Shown one piece after another: positions 9,445 to 22,119 of a stretch of DNA of 60,000 nt (its first letter is position 1; each line of letters starts with the position of its first letter). The translations under genes were made by a program, and so were the position numbers. The stretch is taken from assembly GCF_963921235.1 (NCBI RefSeq), contig NC_086097.1:178872001-178932000 (forward strand), written 5' to 3'. The notes under the pieces were generated by a model. That model was not told where the DNA came from, did not search any database, and saw only the letters and a program-made list of their open reading frames with translations. Source of the stretch: Mobula hypostoma (Eukaryota).

Positions 9445-12400
9445 CTTAAATAAATGTAAGGGTGTAAGGTTCTCCATTTTGGACAGTCAAACTAGGGTAG
9501 GACCTATACAGTGAATGACAAGCACTGAGGAACAGAGGGGCCTGGCATTACAAGCGCACAGCTCACTGAAAGCAGCCACAAAGTGTTCAGGGTGCCGAGG
9601 AAAGCCTTTAGCATGTTGGCCTTCATCAGTCAGAACAATGAGATCAAGAGTAGGGCTTTATGTTGCAGTTATATAATTCTCAGTGAGGCCACAATTGTAG
9701 TATTGTGTACGGTCTTGGTCACCCTGTTAGAGGAAAAAACATGTCAAGTTAGAGAGGGTGCAGAAGAGATTTACAAGGATGCTGTCTGAATTAGGAGGCT
9801 GAGCTATAAGGAAAGGTTGACCACACTGGCCCATCATTCTATGAGGAGTAGGAGAATGAGAGGTGACACATAGCAGTTCATAAAATCATGTGGGGCATGG
9901 ATCAGGTGGATGCTAATAGTCTTTTCTGAAGGGTTGTGGAGTCCAAAGCTAGATGGCACAGGTAAGTGAAAACAGACCTGAAAGATAATTTATTCCCACC
10001 AAGGGTAGTGAGTACCTGGAATAAGCTGTAAGAGGAAAGCAGTTGCAACATCTGAGAAAGTTTCGGATCGGTACAAGGAGAGCAGGGGCTTGTAGGGTCG
10101 TAGGCCAAACACAGACACTGAGGATAGTAGTGAGGATACTGCGGTCGCTGAGAGTAGCAGCGAGGATATTGTGGATACTGTGGTTGCTGAGACTAGCAGT
10201 GAGGATATTGTAGTCATTGAGACTAGTAGTGAGGATACTGTGGATACTGTGGTCATTGAGACTAGCATTGAGGATACTGTGGATATTGTGGTCATTGAGA
10301 CTAGCAGAGAGGATACTGTGGTCATTGAGACTAGCAGTGAGGATACTGTGGTCACTGAGACTAGCAGTGAGGATACTGTGGATACTGTGGTCATTGAGAC
10401 TAGCAGTGAGGATACTGTGGATACTGTGGTCATTGAGACTAGCAGTGAGAATACTGTGGATACTATGGTCATTGAGGCTAGCAGTGAGGATACTGTGGTC
10501 GTTGTGACTAGCAGTGAGAATACTGTGGTCATTGAGACTAGCAGTGAGGATACTGTGGTCATTGAGACCAGCAGTGAGAATACTGTGGTCATTGAGACTA
10601 GCAGTGAGGATACTGTGGTCATTGAGACCAGCAGTGAGGATACTGTGGTCATTGAGACTAGCAGTGAGAATACTGTGGTCATTGAGACTAGCAGTGAGGA
10701 TACTGTGGTCATTGAGACTAGCAGCGAGGATACGGTGGTCATGGAGACTAGCAGTGAGGAGACTGTGGATACTGCGGTCATTGAGACCAGAAGTGAGGAT
10801 ACTGTGGTCATCGAGACTAGTAGTGAGGATACTGTGGTCGTTGAGACTAGCAGTGAGGATAATGTGGTCATCGAGACTAGCAGTGAGAATACTGTGGATA
10901 CTATGGTCATTGAGGCTAGCAGTGAGGATACTGTGGTCGTTGTGACTAGCAGTGAGAATACTGTGGTCATTGAGACTAGCAGTGAGGATACTGTGGTCAT
11001 TGAGACCAGCAGTGAGAATACTGTGGTCATTGAGACTAGCAGTGAGGATACTGTGGTCATTGAGACCAGCAGTGAGGATACTGTGGTCATTGAGACTAGC
11101 AGTGAGAATACTGTGGTCATTGAGACTAGCAGTGAGGATACTGTGGTCATTGAGACTAGCAGCGAGGATACGGTGGTCATGGAGACTAGCAGTGAGGAGA
11201 CTGTGGATACTGCGGTCATTGAGACCAGAAGTGAGGATACTGTGGTCATCGAGACTAGTAGTGAGGATACTGTGGTCGTTGAGACTAGCAGTGAGGATAA
11301 TGTGGTCATCGAGACTAGCAGTGAGAATACTGTGGATACTGTGGTCGTTGAGACTAGCAGTGAGAATACTGTGGATACTGTGGTCATCGAGACTAGCAAT
11401 GAGGATACTGTGGTCGTTGAGGCTAGCAGTGAGGATACAGTGGATACTATGGTCGTTGAGACTAGCAGTGAGAATACTGTGGATACTGTGGTCGTTGAGA
11501 CTAAGTGAGCATACTGTGGATACTGTGGTCACTGAAACTAGCAGTGAGGATACCGTGGTCATTGAGACTAGCAGTGAGGATACTATGGTCATCGAGACTA
11601 GCAGTGAGGATACTGTGGATACTGTGGTCGTTGAGACTAGCAGTGAGGATACTGTGGATATTGTGGTCATTGAGACTAGCAGAGAGGATACTGCGGTCAT
11701 TGAGACTAGCAGTGAGGATACTGTGGATACTGTGGTCATTGAGACTAGCAGTGAGGATACTGTGGATACTGTGGTCGTTGAGACTAGCAGTGAGGATACT
11801 GTGGATGTTGTGGTCATTGAGACTAGCAGAGAGGATACTGTGGTCATTGAGACTAGCAGTGAGGATACTGTGGATACTGTGGTCGTTGAGACTAGCAGTG
11901 AGGATACTGTGGATACTGTGGTCGTTGAGACTAGCAGTGAGGATACTGTGGTCATTGAGACTAGCAGTGAGGATACTGTGGTCATTAAGATGCAGTGAGG
12001 ATACTGTGGATACTGTGGTCATCGAGACTAGCAGTGAGGATACTGTGGATATTGTGGTCATTGAGACTAGCAGAGAGGATACTGTGGTCATTGAGACTAG
12101 CAGTGAGGATACTGTGGATACTGTGGTCGTTGAGACTAGCAGTGAGTATACTGTGGATACTGTGGTCGTTGAGACTAGCAGTGAGGATACTGTGGTCATT
12201 GAGACTAGCAGTGAGGATACTATGGTCATCGAGACTAGCAGTGAGGATACTGTGGTCATTGAGACTAGCAGTGGGATACTATGGTCATTGAGACTAGCAG
12301 TGAGGATACTGTGGTCGTTGAGACTAGCAGCGAGGATACTGTGGTCATTGAGACGCAGTGAGGATACTGTGGTCGTTGGAACTAGCAGTGAGAATACTGT

Positions 12401-15400
12401 GGATACTATGGTCATTGAGACTAGCAGTGAGGATACTGTGGTCATTGAGACGCAGTGAGGATACTGTGGATACTGTGGTCATTGAGACTAGCAGTGAGGA
12501 TACTATGGTCATCGAGACTAGCAGTGAGGATACTGTGGTCATTGAGACTAGCAGTGGGATACTATGGTCATTGAGACTAGCAGTGAGGATACTGTGGTCG
12601 TTGAGACTAGCAGCGAGGATACTGTGGTCATTGAGACGCAGTGAGGATACTGTGGTCGTTGGAACTAGCAGTGAGAATACTGTGGATACTATGGTCATTG
12701 AGACTAGCAGTGAGGATACTGTGGTCATTGAGACGCAGTGAGGATACTGTGGATACTGTGGTCATTGAGACTAGCAGTGAGGATACTGTGGTCATTGAGA
12801 CTAGCAGTGAGGATACTGTGGTCATTGAGACGCAGTGAGGATACTGTGGATACTGTGGTCATTGAGACTAGCAGTGAGGATACTGTGGTCATTGAGACTA
12901 GCAGTGAGAATACTGTGGATACTGTGGTCATTGAGACTAGCAGTGAGGATACTGTGGATACTGTGGTCGTTGAAACTAGCAGTGAGGATACTGTGGATAC
13001 TGTGGTCATTGAGACTCGCAGTGAGGATACTGTGGTCATTGAGACTCGCAGTGAGGATACTGTGGTCATTGAGACTAACAGTGAGAATACTGTGGATACT
13101 GTGGTCATTGAGACTCGCAGTGAGGATACTGTGGTCATTGAGACTAACAGTGAGGATACTGTGGATACTGTGGTCATTGAGACTCGCAGTGAGGATACTG
13201 TGGTCATGGAGACTAGCAACGAGGATACTGTGGAAACTGTGGTCATTGAGACTTGCAGTGAGGATACTGTGGTCATTGAGACTAGCAGTGAGGATACTGT
13301 GGTCATTGAGACTAGCAGCGAGGATACGGTGGTCATTGAGACTAGCAGCGAGGATACGGTGGTCATGGAGACTAGCAGTGAGGAGACTGTGGATACTGCG
13401 GTCATTGAGACCAGCAGTGAGGATACTGTGGTTATCGAGACTAGTAGTGAGGATACTGTGGTCGTTGAGACTAGCAGTGGGGATAATGTGGTCATCGAGA
13501 CTAGCAGTGAGAATACTGTGGATACTGTGGTCGTTGAGACTAGCAGTGAGAATACTGTGGATACTGTGGTCATCGAGACTAGCAATGAGGATACTGTGGT
13601 CATTGAGGCTAGCAGTGAGGATACAGTGGATACTATGGTCGTTGAGACTAGCAGTGAGAATACTGTGGATACTGTGGTCGTTGAGACTAAGTGAGCATAC
13701 TGTGGATACTGTGGTCACTGAAACTAGCAGTGAGGATACCGTGGTCATTGAGACTAGCAGTGAGGATACTATGGTCATCGAGACTAGCAGTGAGGATACT
13801 GTGGATACTGTGGTCGTTGAGACTAGCAGTGAGGATACTGTGGATATTGTGGTCATTGAGACTAGCAGAGAGGATACTGTGGTCATTGAGACTAGCAGTG
13901 AGGATACTGTGGATACTGTGGTCGTTGAGACTAGCAGTGAGGATACTGTGGATACTGTGGTCGTTGAGACTAGCAGTGAGGATACTGTGGTCATTGAGAC
14001 TAGCAGTGAGGATACTGTGGTCATTAAGATGCAGTGAGGATACTGTGGATACTGTGGTCATCGAGACTAGCAGTGAGGATACTGTGGATATTGCGGTAAT
14101 TGAGACTAGCAGAGAGGATACTGTGGTCATTGAGACTAGCAGTGAGGATACTGTGGATACTGTGGTCGTTGAGACTAGCAGTGAGTATACTGTGGATACT
14201 GTGGTCGTTGAGACTAGCAGTGAGGATACTGTGGTCATTGAGACTAGCAGTGAGGATACTATGGTCATTGAGACTAGCAGTGAGGATACTGTGGTCATTA
14301 AGACTAGCAGTGGGATACTATGGTCATTGAGACTAGCAGTGAGGATACTGTGGTCGTTGAGACTAGCAGTGAGGATACTGTGGTCATTGAGACGCAGTGA
14401 GGATACTGTGGTCGTTGGAACTAGCAGTGAGAATACTGTGGATACTATGGTCATTGAGTCTAGCAGTGAGGATACTGTGGTCATTGAGACGCAGTGAGGA
14501 TACTGTGGATACTGTGGTCATTGAGACTAGCAGTGAGGATACTGTGGTCATTGAGACTAGCAGTGTGGATACTGTGGTCATTGAGACTAGCAGTGAGAAT
14601 ACTGTGGATACTGTGGTCATTGAGACTAGCAGTGAGGATACTGTGGTCATTTAGACTAGCAGTGAGGATACTGTGGTCATTGAGATTAGCAGTGAGGATA
14701 CTGTGGATACTGTGGTCATTGAGACTCGCAGTGAGGATACTGTGGTCATGGAGACTAGCAACGAGGATACTGTGGATACTGTGGTCATTGAGACTCGCAG
14801 TGAGGATACTGTGGTTGTTGAGACTAGTAGTGAGAATACTGTGGATACTGTGGTCATTGAGACTAGCAGTGAGAATACTGTGGATACTGTGGTCATTGAG
14901 ACTAGTAGTGAGGATACTGTGGATACTGTGGTCGTTGAGACTAGCAGTGAGGATACTGTGGATATTGTGGTCAATGAGACTAGCAGTGAGGATACTGTGG
15001 TCATTGAGACTCGCAGTGAGGATACTGTGGATACTGTGGTCATAGAGACTCGCAGTGAGGATACTGTGGTGATTGAGACTAGCAACGAGGATACTGTAGA
15101 TACTGCGGTCGTTGAGACTAGCAATGAGGATACTGTGGATACTGCGGTCATTGAGACCAGCAGTGAGGATACTGTGGTCATCGAGACTAGCAGTGAGGAT
15201 ACTGTGGTCGTTGAGACTAGCAGTGAGAATACTGTGGATACTATGGTCGTTGAGACTAGCAGTGAGAATACTGTGGATACTGTGGTCGTTGAGACTAGCA
15301 GTGAGTATACTGTGGATACTGTGGTCATCGAGACTAGCAGTGAGGATACAGTGGATACTGTGGTCGTTGAGACTAGCAGTGAGGATACAGTGGATACTGT

Positions 15401-15900
15401 GGTCGTTGAGACTAGCAGTGAGGATACTGTGGTCATCAAGACTAGCAGTGAGAATACTGTGGATACTATGGTCGTTGAGACTAACAGTGAGGATACTGTG
15501 GATACTGTGGTCACTGAGACTAGCAGTGAGGATACTGTGGTCATTGAGACTCGCAGTGAGGATACTGTGGATACTGTGGTCATTGAGACTAACAGTGAGG
15601 ATACTGTGGTCATGGAGACTAGCAGCGAGGATACTGTGGATACTGTGGTCACTTAGACTAGCGGTGAGGATACTGTGGTCATGGAGACTAGCAGCGAGGA
15701 TACTGTGGATACTGTGGTCACTTAGACTAGCGGTGAGGATACTGTGGTCATTGAGACTAGCAGCGAGGATACTGTGGATACTGTGGTCACTTAGACTAGC
15801 GGTGAGGATACTGTGGTCATTGAGACTAGCAGCGAGGATACTGTGGTCATCGTGGATCAGTTGGGTTGAAGGGCTGGTGTCCTTGCTGTATGAGACCATG
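9445..15900 (+). mobile_element. Degenerate CR1 3' fragment whose 3' UTR contains the 5.7 kb tandem array
   Basis: CR1 RT-end remnant at 9445-10080 (KAFSMLAFISQ), 3' UTR start at 10081-10119, and the remaining 3' UTR at 15852-15900. Confidence 0.8.
10120..15851. repeat. 5.7 kb minisatellite array, 30-bp unit with a 39-bp variant
   Basis: Unit gagactagcagtgaggatactgtggtcatt; the variant duplicates the 9-mer gatactgtg. Roughly 170 units (estimate). Confidence 0.98.
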
Positions 15901-16049
15901 ATGCCACTGGCAACTGAGAGTGAGTGTGGAGAATCTGGTGTTCATAGTGGTTCAGCCTACCTTGTTCTGGCTTCATGATAGCAGTTACACTGTGAGCCCA
16001 TCGTTCACACATATTCTGAAAGCACAGCCTACTTCTGTTGCTCAGTGCT

Positions 16050-16590
16050 GGGTGACACAACAGAGGTCTATAAAGTTGTGAGGGGTGTAGATAAAGTGGA
16101 TGGTCACAGTCTTCTTCCCCAGGAGGGCAAGTCTAAAACCAGAGGGCAGAGGTCCAGAATCAGATTCAGGTTTATTATCACTCTCTTATGTGATCTGAAA
16201 TTTGTAGTTTTGCAGCAGCAGTGGAGTGCAGTAGGTTTAAGGTGAGAAGGGAGTCATAGAATATTAGTGTCATACAGCATAGATCAGGCCCTTTGGCCTA
16301 ACTAGTCCATACTGACTAAGATTTCCTTCTACGCTAATACCTGTTCCCTGTAGGGGCATCTTTCCACACAGAGGATGGTACAAGTGTGGACGAGCTACCA
16401 GAGGAAATGGTAGGGGCAGATGCAATTGCAGCATTTAAAAGACATAATGACCAGTACATGGATAGGAAATGTTTAAAGTGATATGGGCCAAAGGCAGGTA
16501 AATGGGACAAGATCCGGAAGGCAGCTTGGTCATCTTGGACAGGTTGGGCTGAAGGGCTTGTTTAAATGCTGTGTAGCTCCGTGACTCTAC
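16050..16590 (+). mobile_element. CR1 3' fragment with small nested Rex-tail and inverted CR1 pieces
   Basis: EVYKVVRGVDKVD motif and 3' UTR 'gttgggctgaagggcttg'. Confidence 0.7.
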
Positions 16591-16919
16591 AGGGGACTCT
16601 GCTACCTTGCTGTGAAGTGCAGATTGTGTGGCTGAGATACTGCTATAATGTTTGGGAATAAGCTGTTCACGCCTGACAGAGGAGCTCTCCTCGAGGGAGG
16701 TTTTTATTTGTGGGAGTGGCGATCAGAGGGCTGGGTGGAGATGCCCAGTTAGAGGTGTTGTCAGTTGTATTGATTTTTATTTTGTTGTTATCTTTCATTT
16801 CCAGCACTGACTAGAATCAAACCAGCAGCTATTCAGTTCAAACATACATTTTTAATGTTCTGTGTTATTTAATGAAACACTGAATTCAGTATCTTACTAC
16901 AAGAAGAAAAATAGTGATT

Positions 16920-17255
16920 TGTGTGTGTGTGTGTGCATGAGCGTGCTTCTGTGTCATGGTGTCTGTGGTTTTATCTGAATGTGTTGTGGGAGAGGCTTGT
17001 CTTTCTGTGTATGCATCTGTGTGCATTTCCGTCTCTGCCTATGCATGGGTATTTTATCGGAGGAGTAAGGGTAATATGTTTGTGTGCAGGTGTGTGTGTC
17101 TGTGTGTATGGTGTCTGTATCTGTTGTGCCAGTTTATTATGTATTTGTGTGCTGTGTTTGTGCAGATGTTACATGTGTGTTTGTGGTATGTTAGTGTGTG
17201 TGAGGTGTGTGTGTGTGTGTTTGTGGTATGTTAATATGTGTGGTGTGTGTATGTT
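16920..17255. repeat. Degenerate (TG)n-rich tract
   Basis: Seen directly. Confidence 0.85.
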
Positions 17256-18379
17256 GAGCACCGTGTATTACAGACAACATCTTGAACAGGTTTTATTTGA
17301 TAAATTCAATTATAACTAAAAATCTGCTGCCAAGACCACTTCATTCAATTTGTTCAGAGTAGTTGGGAACACACAGCATTTTTTGAATATGAAGCGAGGT
17401 TTGTTAGTGATTGCATTGGCTGTTGACTTTTAGGCTTCTGGAGAGGAGTGTTGACTGAATGGCCCTTCAGTGCCAGTTGTAACAGAGAGGTTGAGCAAGC
17501 TGGGACTTTATCCACTGAAACACAGGAGACTCAGTTGATCTTATAGAGGTGAATAAAATTATGAGGAGCATAGATAAGGAAAAACACAACAGTTTTTTCC
17601 CCTGGGTTGAGAATCAAGAATTAGAAGGCATAGGTATGTAGGAGGAAAGGAGAAATATTGAAGAGGAACTTGAGAGACAACATCTTTTTATACAAACGTT
17701 GGTTTCTATGTGGAATGTTATGTTTTGTAACTCCAAAGCATAAAAACTAATTGAAAGGTAAACAAGGGAGCTGGGAATGCAAGTCGAACTTCATTTTTAC
17801 TTTAAGCGAGGTGCACACTTATGACATATGAAATATATATATATATTACAACTACTATATACAGACATCCACAGCATAATAAATTTTTAATTGTTCTATT
17901 CAGGATTAAAGATTCGATCACTGTGAAGGATTTCTTAGTCTTGTGGGATAATGTCTTTCCTGATAAGGGGGATCACTCTGCTTGGCAAGTGAGACTTGTA
18001 GCTGCGAAACAATCTCAGGTTCTGGGACCTCCTCCATGATGATGTTGGAGTTGTCTCTGGGACTGCAGGAAGTGATTCTGACAGCTCAGGACACTTTTCT
18101 TCTTCCTCTTCTCCTTTTAGTTTGTGCATCTTGATCTTAGGAAGGTCCGTTCAGTTCACTGGAGTATTCTCTTATCAATCCTTCTATTGCTCCCATTATG
18201 ATCTGATCCCTCCTTTTTGTTTCCTCATTCACAACATCATCTGATGAATCCTCTGTTTTCATATCTCCATTGACTCCTTTCTTTTTGGTTTTCCATTTAT
18301 CTGGCTTTGGCTTTTGCTTCTAGATTTACAAGCAGCTTTTTGTCTCCCACTTGAAGTTCGTGCAATAACCTTAAAGCAC

Positions 18380-18935
18380 ACATAGAAACATAGAAATATA
18401 GAAAACTTACAGCACAATACAGGCCCTTCGGCCCATGTTGCTGTGTGGAAAATGTACTTACTTAAGTAATTACATAAGGTTACTCATAGCCCTCTATTTT
18501 TCTAAGATCCAGGTACCTATCCAGGAGTCTCGTAAAAGACCCTATCATATCTGCCTCCACCACCGTTGCCAGCAGCCCATTCCACGCACTCACCACTCTC
18601 TGCATAAAAAAACACATTTCCTCTGTGCCTACTTCGAAGCACCTTAAAACTGTGCCCTATCATGTTAGACATTTCAGCCCTGGGAAAAAGCCTCTGACTA
18701 CCCACTCGATCAACGCCTCTCATCCTCCGCCGCTCCAAGGAGTAAAGGCCAAGTTCACTCAACCTATTCTCATAAGGCATACTCCCCAATCCAGGCAACA
18801 TCCTTGTAAATCTCCTCTGCACCCTTTCTATAGATTCCACATCCTTCCTGTAGTGAGGTAACCAGAACTGAGCACAGTCCTCCAAGTGGGGCCGTTACCT
18901 CTCGGCTCTTAAAATCAATCCCACGGTTGATGAAG
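18380..18935 (-). mobile_element. CR1 3' fragment nested in the Gypsy element
   Basis: ORF 18517-18885 'QFWLPHYRKDVESIERVQRRFTRMLPGL' and a (catagaaa)n tail at 18381. Confidence 0.88.
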
Positions 18936-19404
18936 GTAGATTCTGGTTCTTTGTACTCAAAAGGGCCAATTCTTGCATCTTTGCTGAAGCTCCTTGAGCT
19001 CTATTCCAGTTTAAAACCACACGACATTTCACAAGTAACTGCCTGATTAACATATCAGGAGCTTTCTCAGATGTGTTGCCTGGAAAACCTGAAGGTCTGG
19101 ACCCGAAGTTTCATCTGTTTATTCATGTCCGTAGATGCTGCTTCATCTACTGAGACCTCCAGCATCTTGTGTGTGATACTTTGGATTTCTGGAAATCTGT
19201 AAACTTTCTCGTCTATAAAAACGTTGTAGTTGGACCACTGCATTCATCACTTGCAGGATTCCTCTGAGCAGCATGGTCCTTCCTTGGTCCAGTATCCTTT
19301 CCAACCAGAGGCGCAGAGGTGGGCACCAACACATGTTTGCCCTCTATTGGGCAACAGTTCATGATGTACAGCATGGAGAGAGTTGTGGTATCATCCACTA
19401 ACTT

Positions 19405-20185
19405 CCTTAATTTGACAAGGTGCTGCACATGAGACTGCTTAGCAAGATAAGAGCCCGTGGATTTGCAGGGAATTTACTAGCCTGGGTGGAGCATTGGCTG
19501 ATCGGCAGAAAATAGAGAGTGGGAATAAAGGGATCCTCTTCTGGCTGGCTGCCGGTTACCAGTGGAGTTCCACAGGGGTCGGTGTTGGGACTGCTGCTTT
19601 TTACGATGTATGTCAATGATTTGGACTATGGTAATAATGGATTTGTGGCTAAATTTGCCGATAATACAAAGGTAGGTGGAGGAGCGGGTAGTGTTGAGGA
19701 AACAGAGAGACTTAGATAGTTTAGGGGAATGGGTAAAGAAGTAGCAAATGAAATACAATGTTGGGCTGTTATTCCCTGGAGTTCAGGAAAATGAAAGGGG
19801 ATCTCATAGAAACATTCCTAATGTTAAAAGGCCTGAACAGATTAGATATGGCAAAGTTATTTCCCATGGTATGGGAGTCTAGGACAAGAGGACACGATTT
19901 CAGGATTTAAGGACGTCCACTTAGAACAGAGATGCAGAGAAATTACTTTAGTCAGAGGGTGGTAAATCTGTGGAATTTGTTGCCACGAGCAGCTGTGGAG
20001 GCCAAATCATTGGGTGTGTTTAAGGCAGAGATAGATAGGTTCTTGATCAGCCAGTGCATCAAAGGGTATGGGGAGAAGGCAGGGGAGTGTGGATAACTGG
20101 AAGAATTGGATCAGCCCATGATTGAATGGTGGAGCAGACTCAATGGGCCGATTGGCCTACTTCTGCTCCTATATCTTATGGTCTA
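19405..20185 (+). mobile_element. Internally deleted CR1 RT fragment nested in the Gypsy element
   Basis: VTSGVPQGSVLGLLLFTMYVNDL...KFADNTK, followed by a 3' UTR ending 'tcttatggtcta'. Confidence 0.9.
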
Positions 20186-20189
20186 TAAC

Positions 20190-21380
20190 GCTTTCATTTT
20201 ACTCTGTTGCACTGGATGTGGCATGCAAATGGTGGATGGATCTCCAACTAAGTTGTAGTTGTCTTAGCCACTCATGTCCCCACACTGCAGGTCCTTTTTG
20301 TTTTTACCACATACAAGCCCAATGTGGCTTGTTGTTTTTTGTATTTCACTGTTATGAACGTCCTTCCCACAGGAGTTATCTTTTCTCCAGTATAAGCTCG
20401 TAGTTGGATATCTGCAGGCTTCAGTTCATTTTCTTTGAAATACTATTCAAACTCATTTTGTGGAATTACTGAAACAGCCGAGCCAGTTTCCAAGTGCACT
20501 TTAGTTAATTTACTGTTCACTTCTGGTGAAAGCCATATTTCTTGTCTCTTGTTAATATTCACATTGTAAATCTCAAGGTTATACAGTCCTGAGTCACTCT
20601 TATCATTTTCAGATTTTTAATCAACAGCATGGAGATTAGTGCTCTTTTTGAAACTACAACTTGACTTTTTAGCTTTTTCTCTTTCCTGTGCAGTCCATTT
20701 ATGTTGCTGACCAACATGCTCTTTGTATGTTTCCTACTTTGTTGATTTTGTGTAAGTTTCACCTTTAAATCTGCATTGATTTAGTGTATGTGAGCTCTTG
20801 CCATAATGGGAACACAATTTGTTCGGCCAGGCCAGTTGCTGATAAGATGCTGCAATTTTGTTCATGCTCACTTTCATTCCTGACTGCAACTCAATGCATC
20901 TCTTTCTATTGATGCAACAATTTCAACTGCTCTTTTAAATGTAAGTTGTGCTTCAGTGAGGAGCCATTTTTGAATGCTTACTTATAAGATACACAAACCA
21001 AATGATCTCTCAATGCATCATTAAGTCCATCATTGATATGACAATGCTCAGACATTCTCTTCAATTCAGCTACTTATGCTGAAATGGACCCCCCTTCCTT
21101 TTGGTTCTGATTATGAAACCTGAAGTGTTCTGCAATCATTAATGGTTTTGGTTCTAAATGTTCCAGCATACATTCAGGATATCAGCAATGCTCATTTCAG
21201 CTGGTTTGGTTGGAGCAGTTAAACTTCTAAGCAAACTGTATGCCTTTAAATCCAATGCACTCAACAGAACTGGCACTCGCTTCTCATTGCCTTCAATTAG
21301 CTTAGTAGACATGAACAAGTTGTCCATTGAGTAATCAAACAGGTCTATCTTTCTGATGTAGCTAACCACTTGTGTTCTTT
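20190..21380 (-). pseudogene. Gypsy gag-protease remnant
   Basis: KIDLFD...EKRVPVLLSAL..KAYSLLRSLTAPTKPAE; EPKPLMIAEHFRFH..Q; protease 'WLSPEVNSKLTKVHLETGSAVSVIP' with the catalytic DTG changed to ETG; 'GPAVWGHEWLRQLQL'. Stops and frameshifts present. Confidence 0.8.
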
Positions 21381-22119
21381 TTTCACATGACAGTCTCTGT
21401 CCATGCCCGATGAAGCATCTGCTGTGCTGTTTTCCCTTCACTCGACCATTTATGGCAGCTCTTTCTTTTTAACTCAAACGTCTTGTGCTTCAACATGTAG
21501 GTAGTTGCCTTGGGTTCATTTAAAACTTCCTCATTGCCTGTGTTAATTTTTTTAACTCCAAAAAATAAAAACTAATTGAAAGGAAAAGAAGGGAGCCTAA
21601 CTTCATTTTTACTTTAAGCAAGGTATGCATGCGCGATGATGTATGCCATTTATATACTTTTACATATAAACTGCAATGCATTATGTAAATGTAAACAAAA
21701 AAGAATGCTTAATCAAACAATACTGCATATTTTCAGTATTACTCCAATATTAAATACACAACAGAATGTGCTGGCAGAGGAAGGAGTGAAGGCAGGTACA
21801 ATTACAACTTTTAAATGGCAGTTGGACAGTTGCAAGGATAGGAAAGTTTATGAGCAAAATGCAGGCAAATGGGACTATCATGAATTGGCCATCTTGGTGA
21901 GCATAGACTAGTTGGGCTGAAGGGCCTGTTTCTATGCTGTATGACTATGATTCTGATTGAATATAAATCGGAATATCAGCCATCCCACAGCCTCTGTGCA
22001 TCGTGAGTCATTTACTGGGTCTGTTCCTGTGTAAACTCACAGAATGTATAGATACTGTTTGAAGGGGATGCATTGGAGCCAGTGGATTGTTTTTCACAGT
22101 TTTTTTTTCAACTCTGAGT

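Larger units (their letters stand above)
17716..21763 (-). mobile_element. Decayed, internally deleted Ty3/Gypsy LTR retrotransposon
   Basis: Direct repeats at ~17716-17830 and ~21541-21763 with TG...CA ends. Degenerate PBS-like 'aggcaatgagg' next to the 5' LTR. gag and protease remnants, and a pol C-terminus 'ERHYPTRLRNPS' at ~17925-17960. Confidence 0.85.
17485..21950 (+). mobile_element. CR1 3' fragment split by the Gypsy insertion (17485-17715 and 21764-21950)
   Basis: Joining the flanks restores '...tatgtggaat|gtgctggcagaggaagg', the WNELPEEV region, followed by a CR1 3' UTR. Confidence 0.75.

Noticed and set aside
9949..15978. Long ORFs of up to 678 aa on both strands (ETSSEDTVVI, LRLAVRILWS, SLNDHSILTA), resembling a mucin-like or repeat protein
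   Set aside because: The 30- and 9-bp periods are multiples of 3, so several frames stay open automatically. Frameshifting variants are tolerated, and the array lies within a CR1 3' UTR.
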